Below are positions 43,651-54,195 of a stretch of DNA of 64,000 nucleotides, piece by piece. The stretch is from Hyaloraphidium curvatum SAG 235-1 (Eukaryota; Fungi; Monoblepharomycota): the NCBI GenBank assembly GCA_025558095.1, contig JAIVFI010000045.1, positions 62,001-126,000 of the forward strand, written 5' to 3'. The notes under the pieces were generated by a model. That model was not told the DNA's origin. It saw only the letters and a list, made by a program, of their open reading frames with translations, and did not search any database. The first letter of the stretch is position 1; each line of letters starts with the position of its first letter. The position numbers and the translations under genes were made by a program.

Positions 43651-44937
43651 ATGTCGGACCCGTACCATTCGTGGGCCCCCGCGGGCGCCCCGCCTCCGCC
43701 CCCTCCCGGAGCATACGCCTCGGCACCCGCCGTGCCGCGCCCGCCTCCGCCGCCCAAGCCGGCCGAACTCTCCGCCCACCCGGACGACCAGCTCTTGAAT
43801 GCCCGCGCCGGCCTGCGCAAGACGGGCGGCCCGAACTCGGACAGGGCAAAGAGCCCCGTGCGGGGGACCGCGTCCAGCGTGCTCGCGGGCGAGGCGCTGT
43901 TTGGTGGGCTGCGATGGCGCGATTAATGGGCAGGCGTTCGGGGAGTTCTGACGCGTCTTTCGGACTGCAGGCCTCAACCTCTCCTCGTCCTCGCTGTCGT
44001 TCCTCACGCCTGAAAAGGCGCAGTACTACAAGGACATTTTCGACGAGGCGGGCCCCGTGCTGCCCCGGTTCGCGAGCGAGCGCGGCTTTCTCGAACGTGG
44101 GCACATCGTCGTCTTGCGTCCCCGGCCCGGCCGCTGACCGAGGAGCTCATGTACCTCACAGACGAAAAGGCCCTCGCCGAGTTCAAGAAAACCGGCTGCC
44201 CCGACGACTTTGTCCAGATGATCTGGGCCCTCTGCAACGTCACCCCCTCCCCCGGCTACACGCTGCCCGAGTTCTGCCTGGCCATGTCCCTCTGCGAGCG
44301 CGCCGCCGCGGACCCCGACGGCGAGATCCCCACGCACCTCGACGACCTGGTGATCAAGGAGGTGCAGATCGCGTCGGGGTACACGGCGCCGGAGGACAAG
44401 CGCCCGGCCGCGTCGCCGTCGTCGGCGGCGGGGAGGACGCTTCCGGCGCCCGAGGTGGGCGCGGCGAGGCCGATGCGGCCCGAGGTGCAGACGGGGCGGG
44501 CCAAGGACGCCGAGAACCCGTTCAGGGCGATGATGCGGACGCCCGAGGCGCCCGCGCAGCCGGCCGCGGCGCCGCCGCCGCCGCCGCCGGACGACGGGCC
44601 GATCCCGCGCGCCGAGAGGCAGAAGGCTGCGGACCTGTTTGGCGCGCTCAAGGGGGACGACAACCTCATCGACGGTACGCCTTGCTGCCCCCTCGCTGAA
44701 CTACCCTGCTGACCGCTCCCCGGGACAGGCCTGACGGTCAAGGAACTCTTCACCGAGTACGGCCTCCCCGATTCCGCGCTGGCGCAGGCGTGGGACCTCT
44801 GCTCGCGCACGGTGCCGGGCAAGCTGACGCAGGGCGAGTTCGCGGTGGCGCTGCACCTCGTCGACGGCCTGAAAGCGGGGACGCCGCTGCCGGCGGCGCT
44901 GGATCCGGGGCTGCTGGGGGTGCTGGCGGGGCGGTAG
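43651..44937 (+). CDS. Pro-rich, WH2-like and EH-domain protein (endocytic adaptor-like)
   Basis: LLNARAGLRKT, then two EH-like domains: FVQMIWALCN..YTLPEFCLAMSL and LPDSALAQAWDLC..GKLTQGEFAVALHLV..G.PLP. Confidence 0.75.
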
Positions 44938-45106
44938 GATTGGAGGGGGGTTAGGTTATGTATTCCCGGGCATGGGCATGGGCAATTGAGTTCGAATCGC
45001 GGGTGCTGCTATAGGTTCCTTTTGCGCGACAAGACATGCTGCCATAAGAATGCAAACTGCTTCCGACCGAGACCCCAGCCGCCGCCTCTGCTTTCTTCCG
45101 GATCGC

Positions 45107-47243
45107 TCACTTCCTCGCCCCGTAGTCCGTCCGCCGGATCGGCAGCAGCGGCACACCGTGCTTGGGGTGCGAGGTAATGCTGTAGGCGTTCATTTCCTCG
45201 AAGTCCTTGGTCCACCTGAAGGTGTAGCTGCGGTAGACCATCGCGAGGATGGTCTTGATCTCGAAGAGCGCGAGCCTCTGGCCTGTGCGGGCGTCAGGAA
45301 GGGCGCGACTCGCTGCGAAACCATTCCGCTCACCGATGCAGTCCCTCGGGCCCTTGGAGAAGGGGATGTACGCGTAGGGATCGAGCTTGGCCGTGAACTC
45401 CTCGGTCCATCGCTTCGGAGGCGGTCAGAGGCTGCAAATCACACTTTGCCGAAAACACAACCCACGTCGGGATTGAACTCCTCCGCGTCCTTCCCGTAGA
45501 TCTCCGGGTCGCGGTGCAGCACGTACGTGGGCATGTAGACGATCGAGTTGGACACGTCGTATTTGCCCAGGATCGTCTCGCCGCTGACGCCCCACCGCGC
45601 CGACGCCGCCGGCGGGTTTAGGCGCAATGTCTCTTTCACGAGCTTATCGAGAAAAGTGAGGCGCGACAGGTCCTCGTTGGTGGGGTCGCGGTCCGAGTCG
45701 CCAAAGACAGAGTAGAGCTCGTCGACGAGGCGGCGCTCCAGCTCGGGGCGGCGGGAGAGGTGGTAGGCGCACCAGGCGAGGGCGCTGGAGGAGGTGTCGA
45801 AGCCGGCGAAGAAGAAGGTTTTGCTGTTTGGCAAAGCGTTGGCGAACAAGGAGTTGGTTTGTTGAAGTGTGAGGCGGCGAGTGCAAGTGAGGCAGCGAGC
45901 GGGACGAAATGAGTTGGCAACCTCTTCAGACAACCCAAACCACGGTCAACCCACAGCTGCGACGCCACCTCCTCGATGTCCAGCGTCCCGTCCCCGCTCT
46001 CCGACGCCACGCTGACCGCCACGCTCAGGATGTCCTTGTTCGCGCCGACCTTGGCCCTGAGCTGCTCCTCGTCCTCGTCCCTCACGGTCCCGGTTGCGAT
46101 GCTCGCGTCGTCCTCGGAGTTGCGCTGGGTCTTCTTGCTCCCCGCGGACGCCCGCGCCCTGGCCTGGGCCTCCTCGATCGGCTTGCGGACGAGGTCCATG
46201 AGCACGGCGTCGAACTCCTTGGTCGCCTTCTTGATCTCGGCCTGGTTCCACGGCAGCGCCCGCGTCCACTTGAGCGGCGGACGGACGATGTACCATATCA
46301 GGATATCCATAAGCTTTATGAAACGGTCGTGGAGGGGGTGGTCCGAGGTCTGCACGTCCACGTCGAGGCCGAAGGCGATCTTGCAGATGACGTCGCTGGT
46401 AAGCAGCATGATGTGCTCGTGGATCCTGACCTCGGTGCGGTCGTCGGCGGCGCGGGCGAGCTTGCCGAGGAAGGTGCGGGTCTTGGAGCAGAAGACGGGA
46501 AGCATCTGCTTGAGGAAGAAGGTACTGAAGGCGAACCATGAGAAGGGAACAGGGGAAGAATAGTCGCGAGACATCTACCTGAAGCCCGGGTTGAAGGACT
46601 TGCGCTGGTGCCGCCAGATGGTGCCCTCGGTGGTCAGGATAGACTTGGTGCCGATGAGCGGGACGAGGTCGTCGTAGGTGGGCGACTTGGGGAAGTTGCG
46701 GTCCTGGCAGATCTCCTTGATGGCCGCCGGGTCGGTCACGATGACGGTGGTGGGGCCGCCGAAGGGCGGGATGAGCTCGTAGATGCGGCCGAATGTCTTG
46801 AGCCACTTGGCGAATTGCAGGTCAGGATGAAGAGCAATATCCTGGCACGGCGAGGGGAGAAGGAGAGGAGAAGAAGTAGGTGAGGGAGTAAGAGGAGGGA
46901 GGGAGGGAAAGAGAAGGAGAAAGGGGGGAAGGGGAGAAGGAAGGGGCGGCGTGTCGGGAAACCGGCTACCTTGCTGAAGGACAGGCCTAAGACCCACCTC
47001 GGTCATCATGTGGAGCAGGTTACCGATGAACGGCAGGCTCCTGCCGATCCCCGGAGGCCTTGGAAGCCCACCTGCCGACGACGCGACGGCGAGGCACAGA
47101 CAGGATGGTGCGAGCACACGCTGTCAGCCCCCGTTTGCCCCCTGGACGCAATGCAGAAGACGCTTACTTGGCGTAGACTGGCCATAGACGAGCTTGTAAA
47201 GCAGGTAGAGCGTGGGGAGAAGCAAGATCCACGTCGCCAGCAT
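45107..47243 (-). CDS. Cytochrome P450
   Basis: N-terminal anchor, LPFIGNL, WRHQRK..NPGF, FFFAGFDTSS, ETLR, HRDP, FNPD and heme motif PFSKGPRDCIG. Multiple introns. Confidence 0.95.
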
Positions 47244-48010
47244 GGCGACTGGGAGGGGGTTGTCAGGCCCGTTCCCGCCCGGCGCCGCGCGGCAACCGCT
47301 GTTCGGCATAGAAACTGCTCACCTGTACGTTGCTGGGCTCTAGCGACGTGCGCAGCGTCGACGGGAAGCTCCGGCTGTTCGGCAAGTGTATAGGCTCAAT
47401 TTTCAGAGGGGCGCAAACAACAATTGAGCCTCGCGCGGCGCACAGCGCGCGGCCCGCCGGACCCTGGTCAAGGATTGTCTCCCGTGGATCGGAGAACGTT
47501 TGCTGCCATCTGGTCGGCCGATGTTGTTCGACAGTCGGATTGCTGTTGCGGCGGACGGGTGGGAGGGGATCAGGGTGCCATGGAGTCCGCGATCGGGGTG
47601 TTGGACGCCTCGGGGATTAGCCTCAACCCGCAGGCGCAGGCTCCGTGCCATCCGGTGATCGGGTGCCGGCTCGATCCAGGGTGGGAAGAACCGAGGGAGC
47701 CGGGCAAGAAGATCCGGGCATGCCGCGTCGAAGGACCTCCACACCCGGCTCCGAAAAGTCGCGATCCGCTCAAAGATGAGAAAATTCGCCAAACGGGGTG
47801 CTGCCGATCCGTCTGCCCGGCCGTGATCCCAGCAGTTGGGCCTCTGCCGCGGCCTTCCCCCGCCCCGACCTCAACGAACGTGATCGAACACCTCCATCAC
47901 CATTCCAGGATCCCCTGGACCCGCGACCGCCCAAAAACACGGCACCGAGACGCAGCACTTGCATTCTCCACGAAACTCCGACACCGACCCCTCATCGCCC
48001 CGATCCGCGA

Positions 48011-48423
48011 TCACATCTTCACCGTCCCAACCACAGGGTACTAAAGGAACGTCAGCTCCCGCTCACCTCAAGAAAAAAGTAGCCCACCTTCTTCCTGTAA
48101 TGCGCCTCCCATTTTTCCAGCGTCTGCAGCTCCTCCTCGTCCAGGCCCGTGGTGTCGGGCACGCAGTCCTCGGGCTTGAGGCTCGACTTGCCCAGCGCCT
48201 GCCGATTCCCCTCATCAGCTCCTCCCTCCAACGTGAAAATATAGACGAAACGTACCCGCGACGCGTCCTTCCCCGCGAAGACCGAATAACCCTTCCCCGG
48301 GGTGTACATGTCCCGCCCGCTGCTCACGTCGAACACCGTGCCCCTGACCGCCAGGTAGACCGGCAGCGACGGGTCTGTGCCGTCGTACTTTGCGAGTTCC
48401 GAGGGTGTGAACTCCTTGCTCAT
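48011..48423 (-). CDS. Cytochrome b5-like heme/steroid-binding protein (MAPR/Dap1 family, no TM anchor)
   Basis: FTPSELAKYDG..VYLAVRGTVFDVS..Y.PG.GYSVFAGKDASR|ALGKSSL..W..HY..K|YPVVG. Confidence 0.92.
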
Positions 48424-49007
48424 CGTCGCTGGCGTGGGGCGGGGAGGAGGAAGCGCTGCACGAGGAGGCCGACGAGGACCTTTCGGGGGGTCAGCGGGGC
48501 AAGATGGGGCAGGTAGGGGGGCATACGGAGGCGAGAAAGATGGGAACGAGGTTCAGGCGGGAGAGGGACTCGAGGAGTCGGGCGAGGAAGGATGCGGGAG
48601 CGGAGGGCATGTGCCGGCGGCAAGCCGAGCCGGGCCGATCGCCCGCGCAAGGGCAGGCCCAACTCGGAGGCACCCTATTTCGAGCCCTCTGGCACAGGAT
48701 ACCGAGTCGATCTGAGTTCTCGGAAGTAATCTGATTGCGTCACTTGATGACATCGGAGAATCGGACCGGCACAAAAGCAATCGGCGTGTTCTTCCCGCCC
48801 AACGGTTACATCTCCCAACAAAATTCCATCCAATGGTCCAATCGGCAAATAATCGGTTCCCGGCCGCGAATCCGGTATATGTACATGTCGCGGCCCGTTG
48901 ACCCATGGGGCGTGATATGGTACAGCAAATGACGCCCGTGTGCGAGAGAGGGTTGTCGTCCGGAGGCAGGTTGCGAGGTGCAGAGGCCGTTGCGCCATCC
49001 GAAGACG

Positions 49008-49611
49008 CTATGGCCACGCTTCCTTGCAGATTGGCTCGCCGTTGCGCTGAACCAGGCGTGAGCCGTCGGGGCAGCGGACCACGACGCGCCGTTCGCAGTG
49101 CACGTATGCTTGCTGATTGAAGACGGCGTATGGCCAGGCATCCGTTACGCCTGGAAAAATCAGATCGGCAGCGCAGAAAACGGAATCGGTAGTAGGGGAG
49201 GGGAGGGGTCAGCTGGGGCGAGCAGGGGCAGGCGGGGGACGTACGGGCAGAGAGGCAGTGCAGCCACGCCTTGCGCCACGGTTCGGCGTCCACGCAGCGC
49301 TGGGCATAAAGCTCGACCTGCATGACATCGTCGAGGAACGGGTGGCACACTTGGCCGGCTGGGCACTGGGCGTCCGTTGCGCAGCGGGGGGAGGTAGAGG
49401 GCGGTGCTGTGGAGGGCGAGGGGACCGCGGCGACGGCGGCAGCCGCCAGCAGGGCAATAAGGGAAATAAGGAGAGTCCGTTGCAGCGAGATCGCGGGGCG
49501 GGAGCCTCGGTGGAGTCCGCGGCGAGGGGTGCCTGGAAAACGGCAGTGCGGCGGAGTTCCGCGGCCATCGCCGGCCCGTGCCCCGCCCGGCCCGCCGCCG
49601 GACGGGCTCAT
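49008..49611 (-). CDS. Small secreted Cys-rich protein with a possible chitin-binding-like C-terminal module
   Basis: Hydrophobic stretch LLISLIALLAAAAVAA, then CATDAQCPAGQVC. After the intron (49151-49244): VTDAWPYAVFNQQAYVHCERRVVVRCPDGSRLVQRNGEPICKEAWP*. Confidence 0.6.
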
Positions 49612-49800
49612 CGCGGCCGCAAGCGGAACGCCGTGCGAGATCCGCACGGGGCGACGCCGGGGGAGCGCTGCTGAGGTTGCACGGAGTCGAGGAACCGCAG
49701 CGGTTTCCCGGTGGCTGAGCCGCGATCGAGGTCCGTGCGGCGGAGCCGAGTCAACTCGAAGCCCCGACTCCTCAGAATCAGGCCATCACCGCCAAACGCC

Positions 49801-51095
49801 ATGCAGGACGCGCCCTCCGATCACCCCTCCGAAGTCCCGAAGCGGCCCCCCGCCGACCCGGTGCCCGGCGAGCAGGTGCGGCGGTCCCTGCGCAACGCCC
49901 CCTCGCCGTGCCGCTAATGCCTGACCTGCAGCCTGAACCGAAGAAGCCGCGTTCTGCGGAGCCTGATGAGGTTGGGAAAGCCGAAGGTGAAGGGTGGAAC
50001 GGGGAGGGAGAGGGGATCGCAAAGGGGGAGGGGGAAGAGGGGACACGTGGCGGTCCCCACGAGGCGCCCGTTCACACCAGCAAGGACGACGGAGCCATGC
50101 CTGCCGCCGATGGAAACGATCACGCCCAGTATGTGAAGGAACCGGAAAAGAAGACCGCGGAGGGAACGAGCGGTCAGGCTTCGGCGGAAACCGGGGTCGA
50201 GAAGCCGCCGCCGAGCGGTGCCGCAGCCGATTCCCGCCAGGAAGGCGTTGGAGCCGAAAACGAAAGCAACAAGGCGGTTGCACAGGCCGGAGCGGCTCAG
50301 GGCAAGGAGGAACTTGCGGGAATGGGCCCGGAGAAGCACGACGACGGCCCGAGCATCGAGCAGAGGGCGCACGCCGCGGGACAGAAGCGCGAAGCACCCC
50401 GCGGGTCTTCTCCCGCTCCCGCACAGAGCAAACAGGAAGCTGCACCGATCAAGGAGGATACCGCCAAAACCCGGCCGCCCGCGGATCAGGACCCCGGGAC
50501 GGCTTGCAAGGACGCCGCCGTTGCGCCGGCCCCCGAGAAGCACGTCACGCCGCAGCCCGAGCCCGCTGGAGCGCACGACGATGGCAAAGAAGAAGGAGCG
50601 CGTGTCGAGGATCTGCGCAAGGCTTCGGAACCCCCGCGAGACGAGCGAACCGCGGAGCCGAAGCACCCGGAAGCAGCCCCCGCCCCGTTGGGCCGCGCGC
50701 CTTCGGCCGAGCCCCCGCAGGAACGCGTCCCCGCGAGCGAAGCCAACCCTGCCGAGCACGGAGAGCACGCCGAGCATGCTTCGCACCCGATCGAGCACCG
50801 CGCCGGCGCTCCCGCCGAGGACGCGGCCGCGATCGCCGGTCGCTCCACCCCTCTTCCCCCATCCTCCGACCCTCCCGCGCACCCTTCCGATCAATCCGAG
50901 CACACGGCTGACCCCTCGCTCTCCGAGCGTGTGGAACCCGTCAAGCCCGCCCCAGAGCCCGCCGAGAAGCCGTCGTTCGCGGAGCTGGGCGGCAGCATCG
51001 ACGCCCAGCTGGGACTGCCGTGGCCGAAGACGCCGACGCTGGCGGAGGGGGGACCGTTGAAGGAGGAGGGGGAGGCGCCGATGGATATGGATTGA
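49801..51095 (+). CDS. Disordered, acidic Pro/Ala/Glu-rich hypothetical protein
   Basis: MQDAPSDHP..GEQ, an intron, then a long open low-complexity exon. Confidence 0.6.
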
Positions 51096-51777
51096 AAACA
51101 GGGCGAGACGCCAGTCGAGTGGAGCCACGTGATCCGCAAGCGCGAACTCAAGATGGTGTGTCCGGGTCAATCGATGCCAATCAGTTTCTTTGCTGTCGAG
51201 TGGTTCCAGTTTTATTCCGATGCGTGACGTGTATACCGGTGTGGCCGCTGCGGGCGGGTGTTTTCGAGGCAGGGTTAGTGGGAAAGGAGTTGACTGCGTG
51301 ACGCCCGAGGAAGCTGCACGTATTCCGGCCGTCTTGGACATGAAGAGGCAATTTGGCGGGTTCACCGACATGAAGAACATCGTGGATGCGTTCGTGCGCG
51401 GCTCATAACGGATGAGGAGGAGAGGGGAAGTACGGTGCTCTTTTTCCGGGAGGCGATCGACTATCAAATGGGGCTCAGCACGCACAACTTCGCTTCGAGG
51501 GAGCAGTTTGGGAGCAGCTACGGCAAGGCGGTCGCAAGCTTGAAGGCTGCCTTGAGGAAAGCTGCCAGCACTGCTGGTGCAGTCTAGCTTCATGTGGTTT
51601 TCTACTCACGAGCATCCATTCCTCCACGCTGATCACCCTACACCTACAGTCAATTTCATGAACGGGAGCCTTGGAACTTCAGGTCCCGCTATCCACAGAG
51701 GTACGCCAGAGTCCGCTTTGCATCACGGGATCGCTCTGCATTCCTCTGCGGTGACGGCCAATCCTACGCAGAGTCCC

Positions 51778-52260
51778 TTAAGCCGTCTTGTCCTTTTCGG
51801 CGCCGGTGAGCTGCAGATAGAGCCCAGCGAGAGATGTGGCGACGATGGCGATGTGTCCGATGCCCGCCTTGGCCAGGCTGTCGCGCTGCAGCTCCGCCGA
51901 GCTCGACGCGGCCTGCAGCACCGCCTCATTAGGCAGCACGAACCCCGCGAGCGCGGCCCATCCGGCGACGAACAGCCCCGCGGACGCCTTGTCCGCCGAG
52001 CTGCCGCGCTTGAGCGCGACGCGCGTGCCGTAGGCGCCGGTGACGAACAGCGCGCCGAGGTACGCGAGGTGCAGCGGCGATGCGGCGAGGAACTTGTACG
52101 CCGCGCGGGTCATCACCACCGAGTCGGCGACGGCGGCAGGGGGCGGTGCGGCGCGGGGAAGGAACCGCGCGAGAAAGGCCGGAAGGTCCATCACGACGTG
52201 CGCCTCGACGACCGAGGCGATCGCGGAAAAGTACACGACGTACGGCACGTTGAGGCCCAT
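51778..52260 (-). CDS. Small multi-pass membrane protein with a KxKxx ER-retrieval tail
   Basis: About four hydrophobic segments; ends EKDKTA*. Confidence 0.7.
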   Translation of the reverse strand: MGLNVPYVVYFSAIASVVEAHVVMDLPAFLARFLPRAAPPPAAVADSVVMTRAAYKFLAASPLHLAYLGALFVTGAYGTRVALKRGSSADKASAGLFVAGWAALAGFVLPNEAVLQAASSSAELQRDSLAKAGIGHIAIVATSLAGLYLQLTGAEKDKTA

Positions 52261-52701
52261 CGCGGCTCCGCGAGCGAGACGGAGAGAGGGAGGGAGACGT
52301 TCGTTCTTCGGTCGGTTTTCGCGACGGGCTGGTGGCTCGCCCGAGGTCCGACCTTGAAGTCGACGGGTCCCGCTTTCTCCAGCGCGGTCGATTCTTAGTA
52401 TCTGCGATTCGCAATGATGACAAGCGAGAACTGATGCACTGATCGCATCCACGGTGAATGAAGAGTCCCGCTTCGCCGCTGCTGAGTGACTTGGGCGCGG
52501 CTCGCAAGGCAAACTGGCTCTCAAGCTTCGAACAAAAGCATCCTGCTGGCACGCGGGTAGATGATCTTCACGGATGCAAGTAGATGAGTGATGGATGTGC
52601 ACAGGATCACCACAGAGGCCGTTGAAGACATCGAAATCGGGACGTCGGTCCCCCCCAACTGTAACTAAACTCCGCAACTTCGCCCCTCGTCCCGCCGCGC
52701 C

Positions 52702-53406
52702 ATGCCTCCCGCCGCCCTCCCCGCCGAGCTCCTCCTCGCCATCATGGACCTCCTCGCCTCGCGCCGCCTGTCGCTCACCCTGCTCCGCATGTGCCTCGCC
52801 TGCCGCGGGTTCTACGCCGCGGGGCTGCCGTTGCTCCTGCGGCGCATCGACGTGCGCGCGGGGAACCTCGACGCGGTGGTCGCGCGGTTCGAGGGGAAGA
52901 GGCCGAGGGGGATGGGGTTCGCGAGGGGGGCGAGGACGTCGGAGGTGCTGCTGGTCTCCGAGGTCGCGGTCCGGTTCGCGGGGATGGGGCAGTCCCACCT
53001 CTCGAAGCTCAACGCGACGCTGCTGCCCAAGTTTAGAGCCCTGCGCTCGCTCGAGCTCGACTTCGCCGGGTCGATGTTCGGATGGGAACCGCACTCATTC
53101 CGCAACCTCGACAACATCGTCGTCTTGGCGCCTATGGTTATGCAAGCGAAAACCTTGCTCTACGATAGCAGTTGGTGGCCCGGAAACGGACTCCTTGTCA
53201 TCCACCCCGTGGATCCCGCCTCGTTCGGCAGCCGCAGCAAACTCCCCTCGATCGACATCCCTTGGCGGCCCACCGAAAGGCCACCGGACCGCGCCTGGCG
53301 CGCCGAAACCGGCGGGCTCATCGACTGCGGCGCGAGCGGAGGATGGAGCCTGGAGCAGCAGCGCGGCTACTGGGAGGCGTTCGGGCGCGTTTCGGTGGTC
53401 GCGTGA
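52702..53406 (+). CDS. F-box-like family protein (same family as 15185-16298)
   Basis: LPAELLLAIMDLL..LLRMCLACRGFYAAGLPLLLRRIDV, LRSLEL, and a C-terminal E..YW.. Confidence 0.7.
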   Translation: MPPAALPAELLLAIMDLLASRRLSLTLLRMCLACRGFYAAGLPLLLRRIDVRAGNLDAVVARFEGKRPRGMGFARGARTSEVLLVSEVAVRFAGMGQSHLSKLNATLLPKFRALRSLELDFAGSMFGWEPHSFRNLDNIVVLAPMVMQAKTLLYDSSWWPGNGLLVIHPVDPASFGSRSKLPSIDIPWRPTERPPDRAWRAETGGLIDCGASGGWSLEQQRGYWEAFGRVSVVA

Positions 53407-54195
53407 GCGGGTGCGAGCAGTCGAGAGTGGACGAAAGCCGGTACCAGACAGCAGCAACCACGATCATGACCACCTCGCAAAAGTCATTCTGCATTTGGTT
53501 AGATGCCTCATCCGCATAGGCTTGCTGCCTGCGTTGACCCTGGTTGCGTGGCCCGCTGTAGTGACGCAAAATGAGGCTCGAGGCCCGACCAGATCCCCTC
53601 CGAAACAATCACCCCGCAAATCTGGTCTCACTGTCCGTCCTCTCGAATGGCAAGTGCCGGGCATGCGTCGAAACTAGGCCAGGTCATCGCAGGGTGATCG
53701 GGCATCACGTGCGAGGACGCAGGTCCCCCGGCCATGTCACCCGCGCCGGATTTCCATTCCGGGCCGCCCAGCACTCATCATCCAGCCTGAATCGGTGCGT
53801 GATCTGATGATTCGTGATGAAAAAGGGGATGGATGGGCGGGTGGTTCGCCTAGCCGACCGAGGGCCCGGCGGCGCGGTCGATCCGAGCCGGATGCCCGGT
53901 TCCGCCCCTCGTGCAATGCTTCTGCATTGAATGAAATCTGATCGGACATTTTCATTCAGCCGGGAAGGGGGACGACCCCAGGGGACGATCCTCCCCAGTG
54001 ATTGGTTGCGGCAGGCGGGCTACCAGCACCTCGTCTTCGTTTCCGTTTCCTCTGCCCCGCCTTCCCCCACCATCCGCCGCGGCGCGCGCGTCCCGGACGA
54101 GGTGCGCGCCTTAGCGTTCCCTAAGCCGGGCGCCCGGCGAGCCTGGACGGGGCTAACCCCGGGCGTTTCCTGGTATTGGCTCCCGCGACCCGCAG

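Noticed and set aside
46845-46950. Long purine-rich (GA) tract
   Set aside because: Lies within a P450 intron and is pyrimidine-rich on the sense strand; simple low complexity.
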